Shown: piece after piece, positions 39,843-57,239 of the stretch
How positions within the stretch are numbered: position 1 is the first letter of the stretch
Layout of the letters: every line of letters begins with the position of its first letter
Source of the DNA: the human T2T-CHM13v2.0 reference genome, Homo sapiens
Assembly (NCBI RefSeq): GCF_009914755.1
Contig: NC_060935.1
Length of the DNA stretch: 64,000 nucleotides
Direction: 5' to 3' (one strand)
The notes under the pieces: generated by a model
What the model was told of the DNA's origin: nothing
Seen by the model: only the letters and a program-made list of their open reading frames with translations
Databases searched by the model: none
Made by a program: the position numbers and the translations under genes

Positions 39843-40640
39843 CTATTCATCTTTTGATGAACACTTGGGTTGATTCCATATCTTGGCTATTGTGAATAGT
39901 GCTCCACAAATTATTGGAATGTAGCTATCTCTTTGATATACCGATTTCATTTCTTTTGGATGTATAACTACCAATGGGATTGATAGATATATGGTAGTTC
40001 TATTTTTAATTTTCTGAGGAACCTCCATACTGTTTTCCATAGTGGCTGTATTAATTTACATTCCTACCAACAGATTATGATCATTCCCCTTTCTCTACAT
40101 CCTCATCAGCATTTATTTTCTGTTATTTTTATAATAGCCATTTTAACTGGGGTGAGATAATGTAATAAAAAGGATAAAATTCTGCCATTTGCAGCAATGT
40201 GGATGGAACCAGAGGATATTATATTAAATAAAATGAGGCAGGCACAGAAAGGCAAATATTGCAGGTGTTCACTCATGTGGGAGATAAAAAATTGACCTCA
40301 TGATGTTAGTGAATAGAATGGTGGTTACCGGAGGATGGGAAGGCTAGTGAGGAGAGCAGATGAAGAGGAGTTGATGATTAATATATACAGAAATACAGTT
40401 AGGTAGGAAGAATATGATCATGATAGGGCAACTATAGTTTATAGTTGACTGTATTTCAAAACAGCTAGAAGAGAAAGTTTAGAATTTTCTCAACATAAAG
40501 AAATGATAAATGTTTGAGGTGATGGATATCCCAATTACCCAGATATGATCATTACATGTTGTGTGCTTTTGTCAAAATATCATGTATACCCCATAAATAT
40601 ATACAATTATAATGTATCCATTAAAATAAAAAATAAAAAA
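39843..40640. mobile_element. L1MA 3' end with an inverted 5' segment
   Basis: 39843-40162 is antisense ORF2 end; 40163-40640 is the sense continuation to the poly-A. Confidence 0.8.
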
Positions 40641-41917
40641 GTATTTATATAACATGTGTTTGTTATTAGGACAAATTTTGCCAACAGTGAAGATTTTGGG
40701 TCTCAGTTCACAATCAAGATTGAGGCTTCTTTAGGTTACAGAACATTCTTGATATTCATTTTGAAAATCTCAATAAGTTAAAAGGTAACCTTTTTTCCCC
40801 CTGAAAGACTGATATAAATCAAACTTTCAACAAGCATGGAAAACGTTGATCACATGGAAGCATTTCAAGGTCCAGTGATGATTCATGTGTTGTTTTACTC
40901 TCTGTGTTCACACAGATGGTGTCAGTGTACACAGCTGTTATTTTTTTAGGACAAGAGGGAAGGTACCATCATCAGAACCCGGAATGAATTACTGTCTTCT
41001 TATGCAGATACCCAGGAAGGTATTTATGTGTGAGATTCTGCACTAGGCTTTACATTATGCAGTAACACTGATGATGTGGGAATTCTGTCTTTTAATAGTT
41101 CTCTAAGTGATTCTGATAATAAACCACATTAGTGGATCTTCATGATTGCTAAACTTTATGTGAATTGACTCAATTCTGTAATACTTTTTTGGATATTTCA
41201 ACATTAAATAACAGAAAAAATTTACTTTCTCTACATCAGTGTTCTTAGAAACTAATTTCAAATGTAACCATTTGGGGGATATTTTAATGGGCAGGTATTT
41301 GTAAATCTCTTTATAGGATCAAGCAGTGTGTTCTCTATGCATTGATTAATATGCCAAAAATTAGATGATATAGCATCTGTAGAAGTGGAATGAGTGACTT
41401 TCAAGAACCCAAGGTAAGACTAAAGTAAGCAAGGTGTTACTTCAATTCATAGGAATGATAGGTCAAGTAAGAAGAGTATTGAAATTGACCACTTGATTTA
41501 GTAAAGTGAAAGTGTTATTTAGAAAGAATAACAGAGAATCAAGATGGGGTGGTTGCTTGAAAGAGATATGCTGTCCAGGGGTATAAATATATTTTTAAAC
41601 GTGGGGATAGATCATACAAATATGCTGGAAGAAGGATGCAATATAGGGAGGAAAATTGTTGACATTCGAAATGGAGAAAATTGAAGGAACACTGTTCTTA
41701 AGAGTGGTAAAGAGCACGGAATCTAGTGCAACCTCTAGAGAGGTTGGCCATTGTTAGCAACACAGACAATCTGTGTATTTGAAAAACAGATGGGACATTA
41801 TTTATCAGGTTAGATTGAAGTAATGTCAACAGAGACTTAGCGATTAGTTGTCATTAGTAGGATTATTTTAGGAGATAGCTGGGCTAGTGAATATTGTCAC
41901 TACGTATGATATAGTTT

Positions 41918-42110
41918 TGTGTGTGTGTGTGTGTGTGAAGCCTTCTTTTCCTCTAACTCTCTCTTCCCTCCCTCCCTCCCTTCCTTCTCCCCTATTTCTT
42001 TCCCTCCCTCTTTTATTCCATCTTCCTCCATCTTCCTTCCTTCTTTCCTTCCTTCCTCTCCTCTTCGTTAGTTTTATTCTTTCACACACAACTTCTCTCC
42101 TCTCCCCCAC
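41918..42110. repeat. (TG)n followed by CT-rich low-complexity sequence
   Basis: tgtgtg... then ccctccctcccttcc/ttcc. Confidence 0.9.
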
Positions 42111-43323
42111 ATCACCAATGCAAATGTAAACCCTGCTTACAACAAAAAACATATATCCTTCGTTATTTTCCCATGCTCATATAGTCATATGCAAACACTT
42201 ATAAATGGATACATGTATAGTATTTTTATTTTGTTTGCTGAATCATATTATTATACTGAAATGGCTGCAATTAATTGTTTTAAATATCTGTATTCCATAT
42301 TTTTTGTTTGTTTAGTGCCATTATAAATAATGTCACAAAAACATGCCATGCATCTGTCCTTATGTTCTAGGGCTCTAATTTCTATGGGGTAGCTTTTGAA
42401 GGGAGCAGTTGTGTTGAAAGATATTGTTACTTTCATTAGAGATTGCTAACTTTTGTTCCAAAAATATTATAAAATCCATATTTTCCCTATCAGTGCAAGA
42501 AAATACCCTTTTTTATTTTTGCTAGCTATAGCTACTATCACTTTTAAAACGTTTTTGTCAGTTTCATGAATATAAGGTGATATTTGTTTTATATTTTGTA
42601 TTTTTCTATTTATAGGTGAACTTCAGCACACTATTATATTTGGCCACGTTAATGTACTGTTTCTTTTTAAATTGCTGGTTTCTATCATTTGCCCAGTTTG
42701 CTATTGGTTTGTCTCTTATTTATTAATTGCTTAGAGCACTCTTTCTATTTTAAATATTAACTCTGTGCCCTCAAAATTATAAATATTTTTAAATGGTATT
42801 ATTTTCCCAAATTCTTAAACAATTTTGAAATTGTCAAATATGTTTATTTTGGATTTCAATTTTTAAGATTCTCCCATCCAGAGAATGTAGAAAGTCATCT
42901 CCTTTATTAACTGGAAAGTAAATATAAAGAAAATCTAGCTTTAGTTTTATATTAAATCTTTAATTCATTTGTATTTATTTTTGTTTATGGTATTAGCTAT
43001 ATGTATAATTTTATGATCTTCCAGATGTAAAACTAGTTTTGGCAAACTCTTTTATTTAATAAACTGTCCTTTTCCCATATACATCCCAAATTACTTATTT
43101 CTCTCTCAATTAATTTGTAAGATTGCTGAGGTTGGGGACCATGCTTTAATCAGCCTTATATTTTTATAATGTCTTGCAATTCTGGAACATAATAACTCAT
43201 AACACCTATTTGTTGAATGAATAAACAAATTATCCTAAAATTTAATGAAGCTACTAGTAACAATTATATTTTTAAGTAATTTTGTCCTGTGTTCAACTGG
43301 AATAAGGACATACAGAAAGGCAT

Positions 43324-44239
43324 ATGGAGCAAAGGAAAAATGTGACTGAGTTTGTCCTTGTGGGGCTCACTCAGAGCCCCCAGGGACAGAAAATATTATT
43401 TCTTGTGTTCTTGCTCATCTACATTGTGACAATGGTAGGCAACATATTCATTGTTGTGACTGTGGTGGTCAGCCCAACTTTGGATGCCCCATGTACTTCT
43501 TCCTTGGCTACTTATCATTTATGGATGCTGTTCATTCTACTACAGTTACCCCAAATATGATTATAGACTTACTCTATGAGAAGAAAACCATTTCGTTCCA
43601 AGCTTGATTACCCAGATTTTTATAGGACACCTATTTGGGGGTGCTGAGATTTTACTCCTTGTTGTCATGGCCTATGATGGCTACGTGGCCATCTGCAAAC
43701 CCCTGCATTATTTGACCATCATGAACCAACGGGTGTGCATTCTACTGCTGCTGTTGGCCTGGGCTGGAGGTTTCTTGCATGCTGTAGTTCAACTTCTTTT
43801 TGTTTACAACCTTCCCTTCTGTGGCCCCAATGTCATTGACCATTTCATCTGTGACATGTACCCTTTATTAAAACTTGCCTGCACTGACACCTATGTTACT
43901 GGCCTCACTGTGGTTGCCAATGATGGGGCAATCTGTGTGGTCATCTTTATGCTCTTACTCTTCTCCTATGGGGTCATTCTGCACTCCCTGAAGAATCTTA
44001 GTCAGGAAGGGAGGCACAAAGCCTTATCCACCTGTGGCTCCCATATCACTGTGGTGATCCTCTTCTTTGTCCCTTGTATTTTCATGTATGTGAGACCTCC
44101 TTTGACCTTACCCATTGATAAATCCTTGACTGTGTTTTACACTGTTATCACACCTATGTTGAACCCTCTAATCTATACTTTAAGAAATGCAGAGATGAAA
44201 AATGCTATGAAGAAGCTCTGGACTAGAAAAAGAAAATGA
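43324..44239 (+). pseudogene. OR4A2P: OR4A pseudogene with two 1-bp deletions
   Basis: [14 protein letters not shown]...WTRKRK*. 916 bp = 918-2, with frameshifts at ~43488 (GCCCC ATG TAC) and ~43606 (GCT TG ATT); MAYDGY. Symbol inferred from gene order. Confidence 0.92.
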
Positions 44240-45119
44240 GGTGGCAGACAAATGTATCATCTATTTTCAGTGAAGAGTTGCTCCCTCCAGGAAAGCCATT
44301 TGTGATTATTTAATGGCAGTGAAATTTTCCTCAGGTTTAATAACTAGTATGCAGTGAAAATCATTTATTACATGAATACTTGCAATAATCAAAATATATT
44401 TAGAAAATTTTAATAATTTATTGGAAAAATATATGTTCACTTTTTGTTTGTAGAATGGCTCTCGAGATGATAAATTTATGTTATTAATACTATAAATTTA
44501 TTTAAGTTTATGAAAGTTTTTCTCATGTTTTTCTTTTAAATAAAGTTAATCCCTTTTTGGAATTAATAGTGCTCATTACAGATTTCAGAAGAATGAATTA
44601 AGAAATAAGACATAAAAATTTCATTTACTCCTCCCCACACAAATACAGACCACATTAATATTTGAAGTATATATTTTATTTTGTATTTGTAAGATACTAT
44701 TTATATATAATTTTGTTCATATTGCTAGCATATTAAGGTTGAAGAGGAATAGTGCTTCCTTCAGTATTATACATAAGGAGACAGTATACTAAAAGAATCT
44801 GAATGAAAAAGGGAGACATGCAGAAAAATAACTAAATCTTACTTTTTTCTCCAATTGAGAAATCATATTAAGTCCTCAGGTGAAGCAGCTTGATTTGGTG
44901 CTATATTTATGTAAAAATGATCCATTGATCTTCCCAGATGTTTAGAATATCTGATAATATCTCTGCTATTTTCAATACCCCCTTCTCATGGCCTTCTAAA
45001 AAACAGCCAGGCTCTGCTTTTCATATGTAAAATTAGCGTAATCCATAATCTATGAACTTCAAATATGGAATGCAGAGCCAGATAGTAAATATTTTGGAAT
45101 ACACCATTTTCAAGGAAGA

Positions 45120-45292
45120 TAGACAGTTGTGGTGGTGCATGTCAGTGGTTCCAGCTGCTCAGGAGGCTGAGGTTGGACGATTTTTTGAGCCCAGGAGGTC
45201 AAGACTGCAGTGAACCATGATCACGCTACTGCACTCTAACGTGGGTGACAGAGCAACGCTGAGAAAAAAAAAAGAAAGAAAAAGAAAAAAAG
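45120..45292 (+). mobile_element. Alu monomer (FRAM/AluJ right arm)
   Basis: ccagctgctcaggaggctgagg...tgagcccaggaggtcaagactgcagtga plus A tail. Confidence 0.8.
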
Positions 45293-46199
45293 ATGCTGGC
45301 AATATATGATGCTTCCATTCTTACTTTATTGATAGAATGCAGATTATTAGGTAAAAAAAGGACTAAAACATATTGTTTCGTTGGAAAGACACTTAATTCA
45401 TAAAAATCTGTGTGAAAATTCCTTTTGAATCAGGCTTGAAATAAAATTTTATCTGCCCCTGACTACAGGTAGAAAACATGTAATCAAAGAAACTCATTGT
45501 TCCTGCTTCTCCTCTGTACTCTGGATTCATGAGGGACTAAGGCTAGGGAAAAACATGTCAATTTCCCTGGTAAATCACACTATGTGAGTTCACTTTGTAT
45601 TATTATTTTTATCCTTATTATTATTACATGGAGATTTCTTACATAATCCAAGCTCTTCCAAAACATAGCACCATTCTCCAAATAGTATTGAGCATTTGGT
45701 AGTATCAGAGTTTATATAACTAGGTCCTGCATTTTTGGACATGTAATTAATTTTCTAATTTGTATGGTTCTATTAAGTGATGAAATAAAAAAATCTTGGT
45801 TAATTGTCTGTTTATGTTTATTGGTCTGAAAGTTCCCCGAAGTCAGGGAAAGTTACTTCTCTTTGTGCTCTCTGTTCCTTGCACAATGTATGACACATAG
45901 AGCCCACTCCATAAACTTTGTTAATTACTTGTTTCCTTGAGTTCTTAATCTATTGGAGGTAGAATTTTTACTGATACATTCTGATAAAATTTTTCCGTAT
46001 CAAAGATGCATATATGTTCATACCATTCTTTGATATTTGCTATAAATATTTACCTTACTATGTTATTGATGCTACAATTATGGATGTTTTTATATAGAAA
46101 TGTTTTACCTTAACTTTTTTACTTCTTATTTTTTTCGGTCACATCACACCTCAGTAAATTCCATTTCCCTCTAGTGACTTTACACTTTTTAACACCTTA

Positions 46200-46397
46200 T
46201 TTTATTTATTTATTTTTCTTTTCAGATTTTGTTTTAGAATCAGGAGGCACATGTGCAGGTTTGTTACAAAGGTATGTTGCATGATGCTGAGGTTTGAAGT
46301 ATGATTGCACCCACGCCCAGGTAGTGAGCATGGTACCCAGCAGGTAGTTTTTGAGCCCTTGCCCATCTCCCTCTCTCCTGCCTCCAGTCGTCCCCAT
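46200..46397 (-). mobile_element. L1P 3' end fragment
   Basis: cacatgtgcaggtttgttacaaaggtatgttgcatgatgctgaggtttg. Confidence 0.8.
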
Positions 46398-46914
46398 TAA
46401 AAAAATCACTTTACAAAAACATTTGTTTTCCAGCCAATGGAAAATTTATTTTTCTTTATCATAAGAAAATATTGAAGTCTAGTTTTCCTAAACAGGTAAA
46501 ATAACCTGCCAATCTAATCCATTAATTATTTTCAATAGCAATTTGGAATTTATCCTTTTAGTATGTCAAATTCTTTACATCTAGAAGGTTCAATCTCAGG
46601 ACACTTCTTCTGTTTCTTCTTTTCTTGTTTTTTGGTTTTTTTTTTCACCAACACACTATCCCAGTGGTCAAGGATTTTAAATATTTAAATAGAGATAGTC
46701 TCCCCTAATTACTAATCTTTTTCAGCTTTCTTGCAATTTCTAAATATTTATTTTTCCTAATAAACCTTAGGACTGTTTTGTAAAGCTTGAATACTTTTCA
46801 TAAAATTATATTTAGGGTTTCATGACCTTACTTGTTTATTTTGAGCAAAATGGTGTATTATAATATCTCATTTTCCTACCTAGAATAAGACACTTATTGT
46901 GAAGTCTTGATCAA

Positions 46915-47765
46915 TAAATCTCAATCAAAAAGTGGACAAAGGACATACACAGACACTTTTCAAAACAAGACATACATGCTGTCAACAAGCATATGAAAAA
47001 AGGTCAATATTAGTGATCATTAGAGAAATGCAAATCAAAACCACAGTGAGATACTATCTCACACCAGTCAGAATGGCTATTATTAAAAAGTAAAAAAATT
47101 ACAGGTGCTGGGGAGGTTGCAGAGAAAAAGGAATGCTTACACAGTGTTGATTGGTGTGTAAATTAGTTCAACCGTTGTGGAAAACCATGTGGCGATTCCT
47201 CAAAGACCTAAAAATGGAGCTACTATTTGAGCCAGCAACCCCATTACTGGTTATATACCCAAAAAAATATAAAGCATTCTAACATAAAGACACATGCATG
47301 CACATGCCCATTGCAACACTATTAATTGCAAAGACACAAAATCAACATAAAGGCCCATCATTGGTAGATTGGATAAAGAAAATGTGGTACATACACAGCA
47401 TGGAATACTATTCAGCCATAAAAAAGAATAAGACCATGTCCTTTGCAGAAACATGGATGGAGCCAGAGGCCATTATCCTTAGCAAATTAGCACAGGAACA
47501 GAAAACCAAACACCACATGGTCTCACTTCTAAGTGGGAGCTAAATGATGAGAACACACGAACACATAGAGAGGAACAACAGACACGATGGAGGGTGGGAG
47601 GTGTGAGAGGATCACAGAAATACTGATGGGTACTAGGCTTAATACCTAGGTGAGGAAATAATCCATACAACGACTCCCTATGTCAGACTTCTAAAATGAC
47701 ACACCTCCATGACATCCCCATAACAAACCTTCACATGTACCACTGAACTTAAAGATTAAAAAAAG
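46915..47765 (+). mobile_element. 5'-truncated old L1PA 3' end
   Basis: ORF2 C-terminal motifs and 3'UTR ending ctgaacttaaagattaaaaaaa. Confidence 0.88.
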
Positions 47766-47924
47766 TTGTAAACATCTTCATAGTCTATGTATACCTTGCT
47801 TTTTGACTTTTTCATTTAAAAAGGGAATTCTCTTATTTACATTTGATTAATATTTTCAATGACCTGACAAGAGAGGACTCAGCATCTTTTCCTGGCATTT
47901 CCTGGCACAGTCTTTAAAGCCATG

Positions 47925-48345
47925 GGCATAGGTCTGTATTCAGACACACATAGACTTGTATCTGACTATATACAGGTTTGAATGTCATTATATAGGAGTC
48001 TGTATTTGACTGTGCACTCGTATCTGTATCCAGCAGCATATATGTCTGTATGACCATATATAGGTGTGTATCCAGTGATACTTTTGGGTCTGTATCTAAC
48101 TGAACACAAAGTCTATATATGAACACACAGGTCTGTATGTGAAAACACAAAGATCAGTATTTGATTACTTTTATGATTGCATTTATATAAGTTTTGCATA
48201 TGATATCACCCAGTTCTGTGTCTGTCTACACATGGGGCTATATCTTGCCATACACTGAGCTGCACTGGACCACACGTGTGTTTATATCTGCCCATACAGG
48301 GATTTATTTTGGGCCATTAACATGTCTTTATCCAAGACACATGGG
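47925..48345. repeat. Degenerate ~20-24-bp minisatellite (consensus ~GGTCTGTATYTGACNAYAYAYA)
   Basis: Core recurs at roughly 47931, 47953, 47974, 47997, 48021, 48043, 48063, 48087, 48110, 48130 and 48152, and more weakly to ~48345. Confidence 0.7.
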
Positions 48346-48774
48346 TTGTAGTATTGTAGATATATGCTAGTTAGGAGGAAGGGTAAAGACTAAATTTTAT
48401 AACAGTCAAAAAGCTTTTCAACACAGTTGTAAAATTATATACTTCCACAAGGGACATATGAGAGTTCCAGTTATTCCGCATCCTCAGTAACAATTGGATT
48501 GGTTTTAATTTGCATTTCCTGGATGACTAAAGATATTGAGCATATAATTCTTGGCTAGTCTGTTGAACATTAAAAAAATCATGTGGCTTGTCTTGACTTG
48601 TAAAACTTCTTAATACATTCTAGATACAAGTTCTTATTCAGACATATGTATTGTAAGCATACCCACAATGCATGGCTCACTTTTTCATATTATTAACAGT
48701 TTTTATGAGCCAAAGTTTTTATTTTGATGAAGTTCAATTTATCAATTTTTTTTGTATCCAAGGTCTTTCGGATA

Positions 48775-52705
<3,931 letters not shown>

Positions 52706-52781
52706 AATGTATATTCTGCAGCTTTTGGGCACATTGTTCTCTTATGTAAATTGGTCAAATTTGTTAATGGTGTTGATTAAA

Positions 52782-53255
52782 CCTCCCCTGCCCTCCCCTC
52801 CCCACTCTCTTCCCCATCCCTTCCCCCTCCCTTTCCCCTCCCTTCCCCCACCCTTCCCTCTTCCACTTCCCCCTTCCTTCCCCCTTCCCTCTCCCCCTTC
52901 CCCCTTCCCTTCCACACACCTACAGTGAACTCATTTTCAACAAAAGTGCCAAGAACATATGCTAGGGAAAAGACATATGCTGGGGAAAAGTTTCTTCAAC
53001 AAATAATGCTGGGGAAACTGGATGTCCATATGTAGGAGAATGAAACCAGATCTCTATTTTTCTCCAAATACAAAAATCTAATTAAAATGGATTAAAGACT
53101 TAAATTCCCCCTTCCCTTCTCCCTTCCCTTCTCCTTTACCTTCCCTTCTCTTCTCTCTTGCTATATTGCCCATGCTAAACTCAAACTCTTAGGCTGAAGT
53201 GATACTCCGACCTCAGCCTTCCAAGTAGCTAGGACAGAGAAACATGCCACCATAT
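52782..53255 (-). repeat. (CCCTT)n polypyrimidine tract leading into an Alu monomer (FLAM/FAM), split by an L1-derived insert
   Basis: C/T tract at 52782-52910 and 53106-53158, then gctatattgccc...cctcagccttccaagtagct. Confidence 0.75.
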
Positions 53256-53299
53256 CCTTCTTTGTTCCTTGTTAGTTTTTTAAATGCTTTGAAGTACAT

Positions 53300-53822
53300 T
53301 TTTTGCCTTGTTTCAGATGAGACTTTGGACTTGGAGTTTGGGCTAATGCTGGAATGAATTAAGACTTCGAGGGACTGTTAGGAAGGCATAACTGTCTCTT
53401 TAAAAGACGAAAGGGACATGAGATTTGGGAGGGGCCCAGGGTAGAATGATATGATTAGACTTTGTGTCCCCACCCAAATCTCATCTTGAATTGTAATCCC
53501 CATAATCCCCACATGTCTAGGGAGAGAAAATGTGGAGGTAATTGAATCATGGGGGTAGTTTCCCCCATGCTGTTCTCGTGATAGTGAGTTTTCATGAGAT
53601 CTGATGGTTTTATAAAGGGGCTCTTTTCCCTTTGTTCAGCACTTATCCTTCCTGCCGCCCTGTGAGGATGGTGCCTTGCTTTCCCTTTGCCTTCGGCTAT
53701 AATTGTAAGTTTCCTGAGGCCTCCGAAGACATGCTGAATTGTGAGTCAATTAAACCTCTTTCCTTTATAAATTACCCAGTCTCAGGCAGTTCTTTATAGT
53801 AGTATAAAAATGGACTGATACA
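53300..53822 (+). mobile_element. THE1 internal 3' end plus LTR (53447-53822)
   Basis: gagatttgggaggggcccagggtagaa|tgatatg...gtgtccccacccaaatctcatcttgaattg...aattaaacctctttcctttataaattacccagtc...ggactgataca. Confidence 0.9.
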
Positions 53823-56685
53823 TTAGAGGATTGAATTAATGGACTAATTATCATTATGGTTGCATATGACACAGATTCAGGTTTTGATTAAAAACCTCTA
53901 CTCCAACCTAAAACTGTACAACTATGATTACCTCTTTTTCTAAGTGTTAGAATCTCAACTTCAGTTCTGAGGCTCTCTGCCTGTAAGTCTCAGGCTTCTT
54001 AGGCACAGACTTTCTATCAACAAGGTTAGGTCCTCCTTGCTGAGGATGTGATTAGGTAAGAGAATCTGGGCCTGGTTTCCTCGTCATTCTGGCTTAAATA
54101 TTACTTGCTTTACCTCAGTATTTCATAATGTAAAACATAATTTATTGTTCAATTTACTTTAGCATTTCTTTTTTCACATTACAAGATTTTCACATTACTT
54201 GGCATTCAGTTACTCTTTCTTGACAAAAGCCAAGTCTTTTTCCTTGGCAAGAACCAAGTATTTTTCCCCTAGGGATTGTTCTCTAGAAGAAAAGTGTTCA
54301 TTTGAATTTGTTCCAAATATTCTAATTAATCTATAAATGCCTTATGGTCTTTTTAATTACAAATATTGATGATGTAAAAGTCATAGACTATGTGTACACA
54401 TATAAATGGAAGATTTCTTTTCCTGATAGAATAACCTATGAGATAGATAGGTTAAACATTAAAATTTCTGCCCAAGCTACAGTATGTCTTCAACTGGTAT
54501 CTAGTCCTCTAGATGGGTTGTTTTATTTCATCCACCTTTGTTTGTAAAAATTTGTAGAAGCTCTCAATTTCCTGGAATGAGATTTGGGAGATATAGAGAC
54601 ATGCCTTTAATCAGAAAAGAAGTGGTCTTAGGAATATACTACTTGAATGACTGAAAGACAAGAGTTCTGCTTCTGCCCATAAGAAAGCTTTGTCGTTGGC
54701 TTTTTCACAGTTAAATCCCAGCATTTCCTTCTTAGCTATAGAGTTAAATAGCTGGGCACATAAATGTTATAAATCCTTAATCACAGTAAAATATTCATGG
54801 TTGCTTCACCATTATTGACAGAGAAGTTACAAATTCAAGAAACAAATTTTGGTGTTGACAAATTTTTGGTTTGCTTAGTTGGGTCACCAGATAATGGGAG
54901 TGTCCAGGTTAATTTCCACTAATTAGGTCAATATTTATATAGTCATGCAAAGAAATTATCTCTGTTTTTCTATGAAGAAATTTTCCAGGGGATGTAAAAT
55001 TTTAACTACCTTTGTACAGTAGTTCTAGCATTATGTTTAAGTGTCTATATTTTGGACATCTGCTCTGGATACCTTTATACTTTTCTGAAAGATTGAGATA
55101 ATAGAAAGCCTGTGTGGAAATATGGAAATTGTCCCACTAGGAGATATTTCTAGATCCATGGACCAGCCATACATTTTTCACATGTTTTAAGAACACAAAT
55201 AGATGCATGAGATATCTTCAGTAACCCTCAGTGAAAGAAGCATTGCTTTTCTGGACCAAGGACAAGACCCAAGATGTGAGTTTTTGAAGCAATTGACAAG
55301 GGATACTCACTGAAACTTCCTGTAATGTTTTGAAATATAGCTAAAGTCTTAAATCTCACATGTTTTCATTGGAGGAATCTTAATTGGGAAAATTAAGCAA
55401 GCAAAACACAGACATTAATCAGAGTATACAAGTACATTTGGTTTTCATATACAGCCTTATAAGTGTTTATTTTCTAATTTGCCAAGTAACAGGAGAAACA
55501 TGTTCCATGTTACACATAAAATAAGTAAACCAATAGATTTATAATCTAGTATGTAGAATATTTTATTATGTGATACATTAACATAGGTATAGAATTATTT
55601 TTAGATATATTTGATTGGAAAATTTAAAATTGCAGACTATATCAAGTGTGTTAGAGTGTAAAGAAATCAATGCCTAATATGTTCTGGAAGCATGATATGG
55701 TCTTTTATGTGTGAATCTAAAAATTATCTCAGCATATACAAGTTCAGGAAAGTATTGAGCCTACTATTCTTTAGAGAGATTTACAAAACCGTATTGTTTT
55801 ATAAATTTTATCTATAAGGGATTATTTTTGTTACTATGGGATTTTATCATTTGAAAAAGTCACGTTCTTAGGAAGCTTAAGTTTTTTTGTCTAGAAAAGT
55901 GTTAACTTAGTTGTTTATGTTGAGTGCCTAGTAATATTGTCTTTCAGTTTTTAAAGTATTAAATCTTTGATGACTTAAGCTAAAGAGGATAGTTTACATA
56001 TCCTGGTTTTTACAAGTAAACATCTAAACTGCCCAAGAGAAGATTTATCCTGGTGAAATTTATCATAGATGATGAAAGAGTGAAAAGGAAATAAATCTTG
56101 CAGCAAGTAAGATGTGAAAAAAAGAGAATGGGCTATAGGTTATATAATACCCTTGAGTTCTTCAACAGATGTGCCTTTGTTAGTCTATAACTTCAGCAAT
56201 GACAGAACTCTAGAATCAGCTGGAAGTGGTAATGTGAATGAGACATGTGGAACGTTTATCACAAATGGCTTCTAAGAAAGCTCAAACTCTCTCTGCGCAC
56301 ATCCTCCTCCACTGTCAGATCTATGTGAACGGAATCATCTTGTCTACATTTGAGATTTAGTAATTCTGTAGTTTTCCTCAGCAGTGAATATCACAAAGTT
56401 TGGGTTTGTATTTCTACTTGTCCCATTGTTTTTTTTCTTTAAGTTTGTCCTTAACTGTCAGATCTAGAGACACTAAGAGATCAATGTTGTTTTTATTTTT
56501 CTTTTTGAATTGTCTTTTCTTTTCTTTTTTTTTTTAAACTAGGATCTAGTCAATGTCTATTTGTTATGGCTATTCCCAAAGCCTCCTGAGTCACCCAGGG
56601 ACCCACAGGAGGTTGTGCTTCCAGTATTTCCTCACTAAAATAAATTTTTCTGAAGAGGATTTTTAGCAGAAAACTAGCCTCACTT

Positions 56686-56856
56686 TTTTTTTTTTTTTTT
56701 TTTTTTGAGATAGTCTCACTCGGTCACCCAAGCTGGAGGACAGTAGTGTGATCCTGGCTCACTGCAGCCTCTGCCTCCTGGATTCAAGTGATTCTCATGC
56801 CTCAGCCTCTTGAGTAGGTGGGATAGCAGGTGTGTACCACCATGCCCAGCTAATTT
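56686..56856 (-). mobile_element. 5'-truncated Alu (right arm) with long T tail
   Basis: T run of ~23 nt then the right arm; TSD CTCACTT on both sides. Confidence 0.88.
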
Positions 56857-57239
56857 GTCTCACTTAATTATGAAATTAATCATTTTATTTCCTGTGAATA
56901 TTAATGTATTTACTATAATTTCTCTTTTTTTCTGATTTGACCCCTTTTTCTTTCATTTTCTACCATTTAGCTCTCCTGCCGATGATCAGTTCAACTTTTT
57001 TTTACTAGAATTCTTCTTGCTTCTCATTAAGGTATATTTCATTACAAAGAAAATCACTACTCATACATAATTAAATTTGTAATTCCTAAGACATACAATT
57101 TTATTGTGTGCCCCAAAAGGTTTTCCTGAATTATGAGTGTTTTATTCTTTTTAACCTAGACTATGTCTATAAATCTTTTCAAGTTGACAAAGATTCACAT
57201 GATTTGTTCTATCTTCAAAGTGAAGCATTCAAGAACACT

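Noticed and set aside
47925-48345. Periodic array as a CRISPR-like or coding repeat
   Set aside because: Units are contiguous and degenerate with no unique spacers, and there is no sustained ORF.
52707-52928. Proline-rich ORF
   Set aside because: Translation of the (CCCTT)n low-complexity tract.
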